NCBI GenBank assembly: GCA_963836755.1
Contig: CAWIKF010000002.1
Location: 1,920,001-1,984,000, forward strand
Direction of reading: 5' to 3'
DNA from: an uncultured Verrucomicrobiae bacterium
GTDB taxonomy: Bacteria > Verrucomicrobiota > Verrucomicrobiia > Chthoniobacterales > Chthoniobacteraceae
Length of the DNA: 64,000 nt
Of this stretch, positions 8,833 to 18,186 are shown piece after piece. Position numbers and translations under genes: made by a program. The notes under the pieces were generated by a model. It was not told the DNA's origin, searched no databases, and saw only the letters and a list, made by a program, of their open reading frames with translations. Numbering within the stretch: position 1 is the stretch's first letter; the number at the start of each line of letters is the position of its first letter.

Positions 8833-9645
8833 ATGAGCGCTAACCTATTTGATCTTTCAGGTGAAGTGGCAGTTGTCATCGGCGCAACGGGTGCGCTAGG
8901 TGGAGCGCTGGCCGCAGGTTTAGGAAAGGCGGGAGCATCAGTCGCCGTGCTCGGACGCAATGTAGAACGCGGTGAAGCTTGTGCGAATGGCATCAACGGA
9001 AATGGCGGAAGCGCGAAATTTTTCCAAACGGATGCTATCGATGCTGCGAGCCTCGCGACGGCACATCGAGCAATCGAGACGGCTTTCGGCGCGACGACGG
9101 TGCTCGTGAATGCTGCCGGCGGCAACGACCCGAAAGTGACGGTCACGGCCGAGCGACCTTTTGAAAAAATCACGGCTGAAGATTGGCGCGCGGGCTTCGA
9201 CCTCAACCTTGTCGGCGGTTCTCTCCTGCCGTGCCAGGAGTTTGGACCGGCGATGACGCAGCGGGGAAAAGGGAGCATCATCAACATCGCCAGCGTGTCG
9301 GCGCACTTGCCGCTAAGCCGCGTGGTTGCTTATTCCGCGGCCAAGGCCGCCGTGATCAGCCTCACGCAATTCCTCGCGCGCGAGTGGGCGCCGCGCGGTG
9401 TGCGCGTCAATTCCATCACGCCCGGTTTTTTCCCCGCCGAGCAAAATCGCGCGCTGCTTTTCAACCCCGACGGAACGCCGACGGCGCGTGCCGCATCGAT
9501 TCTCGGCCATACGCCTATGGCACGTTTTGGCACTTCGCAAGAGTTGGTGGGCGCCGCGATTTTTCTCGCCAGTCAACACGCGAGCAGCTTTGTCACCGGC
9601 ATCGATCTGCGCGTCGACGGCGGATTTTTGTCGCAAACGATCTAA
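8833..9645 (+). CDS. uxuB: SDR-type D-mannonate oxidoreductase / fructuronate reductase
   Basis: NAAGGNDP, PLSRVVAYSAAKAA, PGFFPAEQNRALL, ILGHTPMARFG typical of SDR-type UxuB. Confidence 0.82.
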   Translation: MSANLFDLSGEVAVVIGATGALGGALAAGLGKAGASVAVLGRNVERGEACANGINGNGGSAKFFQTDAIDAASLATAHRAIETAFGATTVLVNAAGGNDPKVTVTAERPFEKITAEDWRAGFDLNLVGGSLLPCQEFGPAMTQRGKGSIINIASVSAHLPLSRVVAYSAAKAAVISLTQFLAREWAPRGVRVNSITPGFFPAEQNRALLFNPDGTPTARAASILGHTPMARFGTSQELVGAAIFLASQHASSFVTGIDLRVDGGFLSQTI

Positions 9646-9652
9646 GTCTAAA

Positions 9653-10951
9653 ATGCCCCTCGAAGTCCTTTCCCGCATCGGAGCAAATGGCGGCGCTGTC
9701 ACTGCCAATGAAATCCGTGACCTTGTCGTTGAGGCTTGTCCCGCGGCGGATTATCGCAATCGGAAGGTTCTTGTCATTGTTCCCGATGCCACCCGAACCG
9801 CGCCGGTGGACCTCTTTTTTAAAGCGCTGCACACGCAGATCGGCGCGACGTGCCAGCACTTTGACGTCATGATCGCGCTCGGCACGCATCCGCCAATGAG
9901 CGATGCGGCAATCTGCGAAAGGCTTGGCCTCACTCCGGAAGAAAGGCACGAGCGTTATCCTAATGTTCAGTTTCTGAATCACGAGTGGGACAATCCCGGC
10001 GCGCTCACCTCGCTGGGAGTGATTCCAGCGGCGGAAATCAGTGCGCTCTCGGGCGGACTTTTTGCCATGGATGTGGAAGTGCGCGTCAATCGCCGCCTGT
10101 TCGACTACGATCAAATCATCATTGTCGGGCCGGTCTTTCCGCACGAGGTTGTCGGTTTTTCCGGCGGTAACAAATACCTTTTTCCGGGCGTGAGCGGACC
10201 CGAAGTGCTCAACTTTTTTCACTGGCTCGGCGCCGTGGTCACGAACCCGATGATCATTGGAAATAAGTGGACGCCGGTTCGCAAAGTAGTCGATCGAGCC
10301 GCCTCGATGGTGAAGGTGCCGAAGCTCTGTTTTTGTCTCGTAGTGAAAGGTGCGGACTTGGCCGGCGCATTCGTCGGCACCCCGGAAGCCGCATGGACAG
10401 AGGCTTCGGAGCTTTCGCGGCAATTGCACATTGTTTACAAGGAGAAGCCTTTTCACACGATTCTGTCCTGCGCGCCGAAGATGTATGACGAACTTTGGAC
10501 GGGTGGAAAGTGCATGTATAAGCTTGAGCCCGTCCTCGCGGACGGCGGCGAGCTGATCATTTATGCGCCGCATATTTCGGAAGTCTCCATCACGCACGGA
10601 CGCGTGATTGAAGAACTCGGCTATCACTGCCGGGACTATTTTTTGAAGCAGTGGGACAAATTTAAAAGCTATCCGTGGGGCACGCTGGCCCATTCAACTC
10701 ATGTCCGTGGCATCGGCGAGTTTGACGAAAAGACCGGCGTCGAAAAATGCCGCGCACGTGTCACGCTTGCCACACGAATCCCGCGAGAGATTTGCGAGAA
10801 AATCAACATGGGCTACCGCGATCCTGACTCGATCGACGTCGAGAGTTTCGCCAATCGCGAAGAAGAGGGCATCTTGCTCGTGCGCAAGGCTGGCGAGATG
10901 CTTTATCAGTTGCGTGAACCGCCGGAGTGGGCGCGTGGAGGATCAGCATGA
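9653..10951 (+). CDS. LarA-family (nickel-pincer nucleotide) 2-hydroxyacid racemase/epimerase, GntE-like
   Basis: PDATRT, ALGTH, NHEW, PHEVVGFSGGNKYLFPG; start MPLEV after the SDR stop. Confidence 0.88.
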   Translation: MPLEVLSRIGANGGAVTANEIRDLVVEACPAADYRNRKVLVIVPDATRTAPVDLFFKALHTQIGATCQHFDVMIALGTHPPMSDAAICERLGLTPEERHERYPNVQFLNHEWDNPGALTSLGVIPAAEISALSGGLFAMDVEVRVNRRLFDYDQIIIVGPVFPHEVVGFSGGNKYLFPGVSGPEVLNFFHWLGAVVTNPMIIGNKWTPVRKVVDRAASMVKVPKLCFCLVVKGADLAGAFVGTPEAAWTEASELSRQLHIVYKEKPFHTILSCAPKMYDELWTGGKCMYKLEPVLADGGELIIYAPHISEVSITHGRVIEELGYHCRDYFLKQWDKFKSYPWGTLAHSTHVRGIGEFDEKTGVEKCRARVTLATRIPREICEKINMGYRDPDSIDVESFANREEEGILLVRKAGEMLYQLREPPEWARGGSA

Positions 10952-11466
10952 GTGAGTTTGTGGTCATGGGTGTCGCAGGTTGTGGTAAGACAAGTGTAGC
11001 TCGCTGTTTGGCGGAAAAATCGAACGGTATCTACTTTGACGCCGATGAATTTCATCCAGCTGCCAACAAGGAAAAAATGGCGGCGGGAATCCCACTGACT
11101 GATGATGACCGCTGGCCGTGGTTGGATCTTCTGAATGAAAAATTAAAGGCACTCTCAAGAAAAGAGATGCCTGTTTTTCTGGCATGCTCCGCGTTGCGCC
11201 AGAGCTATCGCGACCGGCTCGGTGTCGGCATTCCCAGGCTGCGCTTCATTTACTTGAGAGGCTCGACGGAGCTGATTCGTCAGCGGCTCGAATCGCGAAG
11301 AGATCACTTCATGCCTCCGTCTTTGCTCGACAGCCAGTTTGCGACATTGGAAGAGCCGAAGGATGCGATAGTCGCACCAATCGAGGAACCGGTGCCGGTG
11401 GTTGTCGAAAAAATCCTCTCGCAGATCAAAGCACTCTCCTGGCAATCAACCCTAAAAAATTCATGA
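10948..11466 (+). CDS. gntK: Gluconokinase (GntK/IdnK type)
   Basis: MGVAGCGKT, DADEFHP, PLTDDDRWPWL, ACSALR, HFMP..LLDSQFATLE. Confidence 0.95.
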   Translation: MSEFVVMGVAGCGKTSVARCLAEKSNGIYFDADEFHPAANKEKMAAGIPLTDDDRWPWLDLLNEKLKALSRKEMPVFLACSALRQSYRDRLGVGIPRLRFIYLRGSTELIRQRLESRRDHFMPPSLLDSQFATLEEPKDAIVAPIEEPVPVVVEKILSQIKALSWQSTLKNS

Positions 11467-12485
11467 AAACCATCCGACTCGAAGAACCTGGAACCTTGGC
11501 CTTTCTCGAAACCGACGCGCCCTCTCCGCAGTTGGCCGCAGAAGATGCACTCGTCCGCGTGCATCGGATAGGAGTCTGCGGCACAGACATTCATGCCTTC
11601 CGAGGTAAGCAGCCATTTTTTTCCTATCCTCGAATCCTAGGTCATGAGTTGGCTGTTGAAGTAGTTCAAGTAGGCAGCGAAGTAACCAATCTATCTCCCG
11701 GTGATCGCTGTTCCGTCGAACCCTATATCAACTGCGAAAAGTGCATCGCGTGCCGCCGCGGCAAGCCCAATTGCTGCACAGACATCAAAGTGCTCGGCGT
11801 GCACACGGATGGCGGCATGCGCGAGCAGTTTGTCATGCCAGCTCGCAAGCTGCATAGTTCGAGCAAGCTAAGTCTCGACCAACTTGCGCTAGTTGAAACA
11901 CTCGGCATCGGCGCTCATGCCGTCGAGCGGGCGCAGGTGGAAAGGGATGAGTTCGCGCTGGTCATTGGCGCAGGTCCCATAGGTCTCGCCGCAATGCAAT
12001 TTGCGCTCGAGAAAGGCGCGAAGGTCATCGTGCTGGACATCAATGACGCACGGTTGGAGTTTTGCCGCCAGCAGCTACTCGTGCCTCACACAATCAATGG
12101 CGCCAAGGAAATTCCACTGGAGGCATTGAAAAAAATCACCAACGGAGATCTTCCAACCGTCGTCTTCGATGCAACGGGCAGTCCAAAATCCATGATGGCT
12201 TCTTTCGAATATCCGGCTCATGGCGGCCGGCTCGTTTTCATTGGGCTGTTCCAAGGAGAGGTGACATTTAATGACCCGAACTTTCATCGGCGTGAGTTGA
12301 CGTTGCTCGCCAGTCGAAATGCGCAGCCCGGAGACTTCACGCGCATCATCCAGCTCATCGAAGCCGGGCGCATCAATACCACGCCATGGATTACTCATCG
12401 GGCTAAGTTTGACGAAGTGGTAGACGTATTTGCGAGTTGGACGAACCCGCAAACGGGTGTGATTAAGGCCATGATCGAGATCTAG
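11463..12485 (+). CDS. Zn-dependent dehydrogenase, L-galactonate 5-dehydrogenase (LgoD/YjjN)-like
   Basis: CGTDIHA..G.QPFFSYPRILGHE, Cys cluster, GVHTDGG, FHRRELTLLASRNA. Confidence 0.87.
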   Translation: MKTIRLEEPGTLAFLETDAPSPQLAAEDALVRVHRIGVCGTDIHAFRGKQPFFSYPRILGHELAVEVVQVGSEVTNLSPGDRCSVEPYINCEKCIACRRGKPNCCTDIKVLGVHTDGGMREQFVMPARKLHSSSKLSLDQLALVETLGIGAHAVERAQVERDEFALVIGAGPIGLAAMQFALEKGAKVIVLDINDARLEFCRQQLLVPHTINGAKEIPLEALKKITNGDLPTVVFDATGSPKSMMASFEYPAHGGRLVFIGLFQGEVTFNDPNFHRRELTLLASRNAQPGDFTRIIQLIEAGRINTTPWITHRAKFDEVVDVFASWTNPQTGVIKAMIEI

Positions 12486-12492
12486 GTCTACA

Positions 12493-15129
12493 GTGAAGCA
12501 ACCCTCTTGTTTCTTGCTTTTCCTTAGCTATTGCTTGCTTGCGGCACTGACTCATTCAGCAATGGGCGAGACGTCACCTCGCGAGCGGATTCTTTTGACT
12601 TCGAACTGGCTTTTCAAGAAGGACGACCCGGCCGGCGCGGGTGAAAGTTTTGCATACGATAAGCTAAAGCCATGGGTGCTTCCCGCCGCGAATGCGTTCT
12701 CCTCGAAACAGGTTCGGCGGCCTGCGGGCGAGGCGCCGGGCGAAAATGTAGATTATACCCAAGGCTCCTACGACGATTCTTCATGGCGAAAGGTGAACCT
12801 GCCGCACGACTGGGCGATAGAAGGTCCTTTCAAACAAGAATATCCGGGCAGCACCGGAAAGCTTGCTTATTGGGGCGTTGGCTGGTATCGCAAACACTTT
12901 ACCTCGCCGAGTGCTGACAAAGGCAGGCAAGTCTTTTTGGATATCGACGGCGCAATGTCCTACTCGGCAGTCTGGTTAAACGGCAAGTTTGTTGGCGGCT
13001 GGCCCTATGGCTACTCATCCTACCGTCTGGATCTTACGCCTTATCTTAAAATAGGAGCTGACAACGTCATCTCCATCCGCCTCGACAACCCTAAGAATTC
13101 CTCGCGGTGGTATCCCGGCGCCGGCATCTATCGCAACGTCTGGCTCGTCAAAACTGCTCCAGTTCATGTCGCTCATTGGGGAGTGATAATCAAAACGGTC
13201 AATGCGAGCAAAGATGAAGCGACTATTCAGATATCAGCCAACATAGACCAACCTCCGGACACGAGCATTGCGGTCGCGGAAACCATTTATGAGTTGAAGC
13301 CAGACGGCACGAGGGGAGGGGAACCAGTTGCCAAAGGTATGCCTTTGGCGAGCGACGTGCTTGTGAAAACAGGAGTGCAGTTGACTGAGTTAAAAGTTAA
13401 AAAGCCGAAGGTCTGGAATTTGGATTCTCCCAACCTCTACTGTGTCGTGACGGATGTTCTTAAAGACGGAAAGGTGGTTGATCAATGTGTGACCGCCTTC
13501 GGCATACGCACTATCGAATTCACAGCCGACAAAGGGTTTTCATTGAACGGGAAGAAGGTAAAGCTAAATGGCACCTGCAATCATTCTGATCTCGGAGCGC
13601 TTGGAATAGCAGTCAATGTCCGCGGGCTCCAGCGCCAGATTGAGATCCTCAAGGAGATGGGCTGCAATGCGATTCGCACCAGTCACAACATGCCGGCACC
13701 TGAGTTGTTAGACCTTTGTGATCGGATGGGGATGCTCGTCATGGATGAATCTTTCGACTGCTGGCAACGCGCCAAAACTCCGGGCGACTACCATCTTCTT
13801 TTTAACGATTGGCATGAGCCAGATATCCGCGCGGAAGTGCGTCGCGACCGCAACCATCCTTCCATAGTTCTCTGGAGCATTGGCAATGAAATTCCGGAGC
13901 AGGGAAGTCCAAAAGGGAGTTCAATTGCGGCGGAGCTAACTCATATCATTCACGAAGAGGATTCCACGAGATACTCTACCGTCGCTTGCAGTTCCACCAC
14001 CGCCGGCTATACGGATTACGCAAAAGCCGTCGATGTCTTTGGCTATAACTATAAACCTGATGAGTATACGAAATTTCATGAGACCAACCCGCTCATACCG
14101 CTCTTTGGCAGCGAAACTTCCTCCACTGTCAGCACGCGCGGCGAATACTTTTTTCCGTTGAATACGGAACTTGAGGATTTTCAGGTAACTTCCTATGACA
14201 CCTACAAGCCGCACTGGGCGACTCTTCCGGATACTGAGTTCGCCGGGCAGGAAAAGAACCCTTTCGTGGCAGGTGAGTTTGTGTGGACTGGTTTTGACTA
14301 CATGGGCGAGCCAACTCCCTATAACAAGGATAGCAGCATACTTCTCAACTTTTCCACTCCAAAAGAAAAAGCCAAGGCCGAAGCCGACCTGAAGGCTTCT
14401 CAGAAGATACCTGTTCCTTCGCGGAGTTCCTACTTTGGAATCGTCGATTTGTGTGGGTTTAAAAAAGACCGTTTCTACCTCTACCAATCCGTTTGGCGCC
14501 CGGATTATCCAATGGCCCACATTGTTCCGCATTGGAACTGGCCTGAGCGCGTCGGTCAGCAGACGCCGGTCTTTGTCTATACTTCTGGCGACGAGGCTGA
14601 ACTTTTTCTCAACGGCGCTTCGCTCGGTAAAAAGAAGAAGGATCCATTTCAATACAGGATCGGCTGGGACGAGGTGACTTATCAGCCAGGGGAATTGAAA
14701 GTGGTTGCTTACAAAAATGGCAAAGAGTGGGCGACCGATCGCGTGAAGACTACAGGACAGCCGGCAAAGATTCTGCTGGCGCCCGACCGAAAATCTATCA
14801 TGGGCGATGGCCGCGACCTTTGCTTTGTGACGGTAAGCATCGTGGATCAAAATGGACTTTCGGTTCCGCGCTCTCATCCGAAGCTGCAATTTGCTATCAC
14901 CGGGCCCGGAGAGATCGTTGCGACCGACAACGGCGATCCGACCGATCAAACCTCTTTCCCGTCCACCGAACGCGCCGCTTTCAACGGTATGGCTCTTGTC
15001 ATTATTCGAGCCAAACCCGGTGCCGCGGAAAAGATCACCCTCCATGCAATCGGGGAAGGACTGCCAGCGAGCGATACAGTGATTCTGCCGACGAGCTCGG
15101 TAGTCTCGCCTTTAACTCCTGAAGGTTGA
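12493..15129 (+). CDS. Secreted GH2 glycoside hydrolase (beta-galactosidase-like)
   Basis: Signal peptide, LPHDWAI, SRWYPGAGIYR, IRTSHN, WSIGNE acid/base, GSET nucleophile, WTGFDY.GEP. Confidence 0.95.
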   Translation: MKQPSCFLLFLSYCLLAALTHSAMGETSPRERILLTSNWLFKKDDPAGAGESFAYDKLKPWVLPAANAFSSKQVRRPAGEAPGENVDYTQGSYDDSSWRKVNLPHDWAIEGPFKQEYPGSTGKLAYWGVGWYRKHFTSPSADKGRQVFLDIDGAMSYSAVWLNGKFVGGWPYGYSSYRLDLTPYLKIGADNVISIRLDNPKNSSRWYPGAGIYRNVWLVKTAPVHVAHWGVIIKTVNASKDEATIQISANIDQPPDTSIAVAETIYELKPDGTRGGEPVAKGMPLASDVLVKTGVQLTELKVKKPKVWNLDSPNLYCVVTDVLKDGKVVDQCVTAFGIRTIEFTADKGFSLNGKKVKLNGTCNHSDLGALGIAVNVRGLQRQIEILKEMGCNAIRTSHNMPAPELLDLCDRMGMLVMDESFDCWQRAKTPGDYHLLFNDWHEPDIRAEVRRDRNHPSIVLWSIGNEIPEQGSPKGSSIAAELTHIIHEEDSTRYSTVACSSTTAGYTDYAKAVDVFGYNYKPDEYTKFHETNPLIPLFGSETSSTVSTRGEYFFPLNTELEDFQVTSYDTYKPHWATLPDTEFAGQEKNPFVAGEFVWTGFDYMGEPTPYNKDSSILLNFSTPKEKAKAEADLKASQKIPVPSRSSYFGIVDLCGFKKDRFYLYQSVWRPDYPMAHIVPHWNWPERVGQQTPVFVYTSGDEAELFLNGASLGKKKKDPFQYRIGWDEVTYQPGELKVVAYKNGKEWATDRVKTTGQPAKILLAPDRKSIMGDGRDLCFVTVSIVDQNGLSVPRSHPKLQFAITGPGEIVATDNGDPTDQTSFPSTERAAFNGMALVIIRAKPGAAEKITLHAIGEGLPASDTVILPTSSVVSPLTPEG

Positions 15130-15207
15130 CTGAAGCATTCGCGTAGTCCTCGCTGTATTTGTTTTCCCGCATCCGATATGCCTTGCCCTTCTTTATGACT
15201 TATTCAA

Positions 15208-16347
15208 ATGCGACTAAGTAGACTTATAGGAATTTTCTGGTGTGGACTGCTCGCCACTGCAGGCTGCGAACGCAGTTCTGGAGTCCCGTCGGCGACTACG
15301 GATGGTCACAAAAAAGTCCGCGTCGGCTACATCGGTATCACGTGTGAAGCGCCGATATTTTGCGCGGTCGAGAACGGCTTCTTCAAAGAGGAAGGCCTCG
15401 ACGTCGAGCTCGTCAAATGCGAATGGTCGAAATACAAGGACGTCCTTGCGCTGGGCGGGTTCGATGTCACGCATCATCTCGTGATGTATTTTTTGAAACC
15501 CATCGAGCAGGGGCTTGATGTAAAATTCACTGCAGGAATTCATCGTGGCTGTCTGCGCCTGCAATCCGGAACCGATGGAAATGTGCGCACGGTGCGCGAC
15601 CTGCGCGGCAAGCGAATCGGTGTGCCAGGGATGGGAACTCCGCCTTTCATTTTCGCAACGCGCGTGCTCGCTGCGAATGGCGTCGACGCGAGAAAAGAGA
15701 TCGAGTGGCGGGTTTTTCCTGCGGGCGAACTTGGCCTGGCGCTCGAAAAAGGCGAGGTGGATGCGGTGGCGGATTCGGAGCCAATCGGAAGTTTGCTACT
15801 GCACGATGGAAAGGTGCGTAATGTCGCCGACCAGGCCACGGACGCGCCTTACAGCAGTGAATATTGCTGTGCGATCATCGTGAACGGAAAATTCCTGACA
15901 GCGAATCCACAAGCAGCGGCCGGCGCGACCCGCGCGCTGCTGAAGGGCGCGAAATGGGTGGAGGCAAATCCGGCGGCTGCGGCAAGATTGTCGGTCGAGA
16001 AAAAATACCTCGCGTCAAACCCGGAGCTTAACACGCTTGCAATCTCGCACTTGCGTTATGAGCCGAGCGTGTCGGGCGCAGAAGCAGCCGTAAGTTCGGC
16101 GGCAGCGGAAATGAAAATGGCTGGGATGCTCAGCCCGACGACCGATGTTCCGGCGCTCGCGAAACGCGCCTTCGCGCATCTCGACGGCGTGACCGACGAA
16201 TGGATTCAAAGTTTGCACGTGGAAAAAGTTGCAGGTGGCCAGTTGCCGCCGGACGAGGATCTTCGTGTGACCGATGAGCTCGCCCGCCAGCGTGGCCCGC
16301 TCGTGATTTCATCGTGCTGCGCTCCGGTGATCGCGGTGGCAAAGTGA
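15208..16347 (+). CDS. NitT/TauT-family ABC transporter substrate-binding lipoprotein
   Basis: Lipobox-like LATAGC, GFFKEEGLDVEL, DLRGKRIGV, GEVDA. Confidence 0.88.
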   Translation: MRLSRLIGIFWCGLLATAGCERSSGVPSATTDGHKKVRVGYIGITCEAPIFCAVENGFFKEEGLDVELVKCEWSKYKDVLALGGFDVTHHLVMYFLKPIEQGLDVKFTAGIHRGCLRLQSGTDGNVRTVRDLRGKRIGVPGMGTPPFIFATRVLAANGVDARKEIEWRVFPAGELGLALEKGEVDAVADSEPIGSLLLHDGKVRNVADQATDAPYSSEYCCAIIVNGKFLTANPQAAAGATRALLKGAKWVEANPAAAARLSVEKKYLASNPELNTLAISHLRYEPSVSGAEAAVSSAAAEMKMAGMLSPTTDVPALAKRAFAHLDGVTDEWIQSLHVEKVAGGQLPPDEDLRVTDELARQRGPLVISSCCAPVIAVAK

Positions 16348-17360
16348 GCACCTCCGCGAACATAGCCGCGAATGTAATGGTGCGTGGCGTGCCCGAGCCA
16401 AACGCCTCGCGGCGCAATGGAAACGCACGCACTTTTGTCCTCCTTCCCACCGCGCTGATCCTCGCGCTCGTCGTGCATTTGGTCGTCTCGAAAAATGAAC
16501 CGCCGATCGAAACTCATGCGTATTCTGCTTTGCTCTGCATCATTTTCGCCGCTGCGCTTTTCCAAAGTATTGCGCAATTTTTTTGGAAGAAGCTGCGCGA
16601 TTGGATGCGAGAGACGGGGCCGATTCTCACAGCAGCTGTCATCCTCTTTTGCATTTGGGAATTGCTGACGACAGGCTTCCGATTGCTGCCGTTGCCCTAT
16701 TTTCCAAGCCCTGCCGGCGTTTGGCAAAGCATGCTCAGCGATCGCGAGCTGCTTTTTGACAGCACATGGCATTCGCTCGTGCTGCTGCTCACTGGATACG
16801 TGCTGGGAGTCGTCGCCGGCATCATCTCCGGCGTCTGCATCGGCTGGTTTGAACCCGCGCGCTATTGGGGGATGCCGGTGCTGAAAATCGTCGGCCCGAT
16901 TCCCGCGACCGCGTGGATTCCGCTCGCGATGGTCGTTTCGCCATCGGCACTTTTTTCCGCGGCCAGTTTGATCGCGCTGGCGGTCTGGTTTCCCGTCACG
17001 ATGCTCACCGCGTCAGGCGTTTCAAACACACGCGCATCTTATCTCGACGTCGCGCGCACGCTCGGCGCCGGCCGCGCTTATTTGATTTTTCGCGTCGCGA
17101 TTCCCGCGGCGATGCCAAACATTTTCGTCGGACTTTTCATGGGACTCGGCGCGTCGTTTCTCACGCTCGTTGTCGCCGAAACCGTCGGCGTCAAATCCGG
17201 CCTCGGCTGGTATGTGAGCTGGGCGCAGGGCTGGGCGGAATATGGAAAAGTTTTTGCAGCGCTCGTCATCATGGCCGCGTTTTTTTCCACGATCATGACG
17301 GCGCTCTTCAAAGTGCGCGACCGCGTGCTCGTGTGGCAAAAAGGGATGATCAAATGGTGA
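16344..17360 (+). CDS. NitT/TauT-family ABC transporter permease
   Basis: Multiple TM helices, PIPATAWIP, EAA-like loop DVARTLGA; GTGA overlap with SBP. Confidence 0.92.
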   Translation: MSTSANIAANVMVRGVPEPNASRRNGNARTFVLLPTALILALVVHLVVSKNEPPIETHAYSALLCIIFAAALFQSIAQFFWKKLRDWMRETGPILTAAVILFCIWELLTTGFRLLPLPYFPSPAGVWQSMLSDRELLFDSTWHSLVLLLTGYVLGVVAGIISGVCIGWFEPARYWGMPVLKIVGPIPATAWIPLAMVVSPSALFSAASLIALAVWFPVTMLTASGVSNTRASYLDVARTLGAGRAYLIFRVAIPAAMPNIFVGLFMGLGASFLTLVVAETVGVKSGLGWYVSWAQGWAEYGKVFAALVIMAAFFSTIMTALFKVRDRVLVWQKGMIKW

Positions 17361-18151
17361 GCGCGCTGGAACGCGTCGCCGAGGGTTCCTCGCTCCGCGT
17401 GCTCGATGTCCGGAAAAGTTTTGCTGCTTCGGACAAAGCAGAAACTTTTTCGCCCGCTCTGGACGGAGTTTATTTTTCCGCGCGCGCGGGAGAATTGATT
17501 TCACTCATCGGTCCGAGTGGTTGCGGTAAATCAACCCTTTTGCGGCTGATGGCCGGTCTCGATTCGCCGACTGCTGGAGAGCTTTTTGTCGGCGACGAAC
17601 CGATCACCGGCCCAAGTGCAAAACGTGGTCTCGTCTTTCAAGATCCAAATCTTTTCCCATGGCTGAGCGTGCGCCGCAATATCGAAGCAGGGCTCGTGGC
17701 GCGCGGCGCGCTGCGTGAAAAACGTCACGAAGTCGACGATTTCATCCGATTGGTCGGGCTGCAGGATTTTGCAGAAAGCTATCCGCATCATCTTTCCGGC
17801 GGCATGGCTCAGCGCGCCGCCCTCGCGCGAGCGTTGATCAATCATCCGCAAGTGCTTTTGCTCGATGAGCCGCTTGGCGCGCTCGATGCATTCACGCGGA
17901 TGCGTATGCAGGACGAGGTGCTACGGCTCTGGCACGCGCGCCGCACGACGATGGTGCTCGTCACGCATGACATCGACGAGGCCATTTATATGAGCGACGC
18001 GATCGCGATCATGACGCCGCGTCCGGGAAAAATTGAGCGCACGATCCGTGTCGACATCGCCCGTCCGCGCGATCGCAGCAGCACTGAATTTTTGCAGCTT
18101 CGCGGCGAGATTCTCGAGCTGCTCCACTTTGCAGGAAGTGCCGCGGCGTAA
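17354..18151 (+). CDS. NitT/TauT-family ABC transporter ATP-binding protein
   Basis: GPSGCGKST, LSGGM, LLLDEP, VTHD. Confidence 0.95.
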   Translation: MVSALERVAEGSSLRVLDVRKSFAASDKAETFSPALDGVYFSARAGELISLIGPSGCGKSTLLRLMAGLDSPTAGELFVGDEPITGPSAKRGLVFQDPNLFPWLSVRRNIEAGLVARGALREKRHEVDDFIRLVGLQDFAESYPHHLSGGMAQRAALARALINHPQVLLLDEPLGALDAFTRMRMQDEVLRLWHARRTTMVLVTHDIDEAIYMSDAIAIMTPRPGKIERTIRVDIARPRDRSSTEFLQLRGEILELLHFAGSAAA

Positions 18152-18186
18152 ATTTTCACAAAGCGACGCTTGGTAACGTCGTAATA

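Noticed and set aside
9398..9652. Long N-terminal extensions in the ORF track (LarA-like, Zn-DH, ABC ATPase, trpA, ribF, truB, guaA)
   Set aside because: They overlap upstream genes or the tRNA; downstream starts match family N-termini and ATGA coupling
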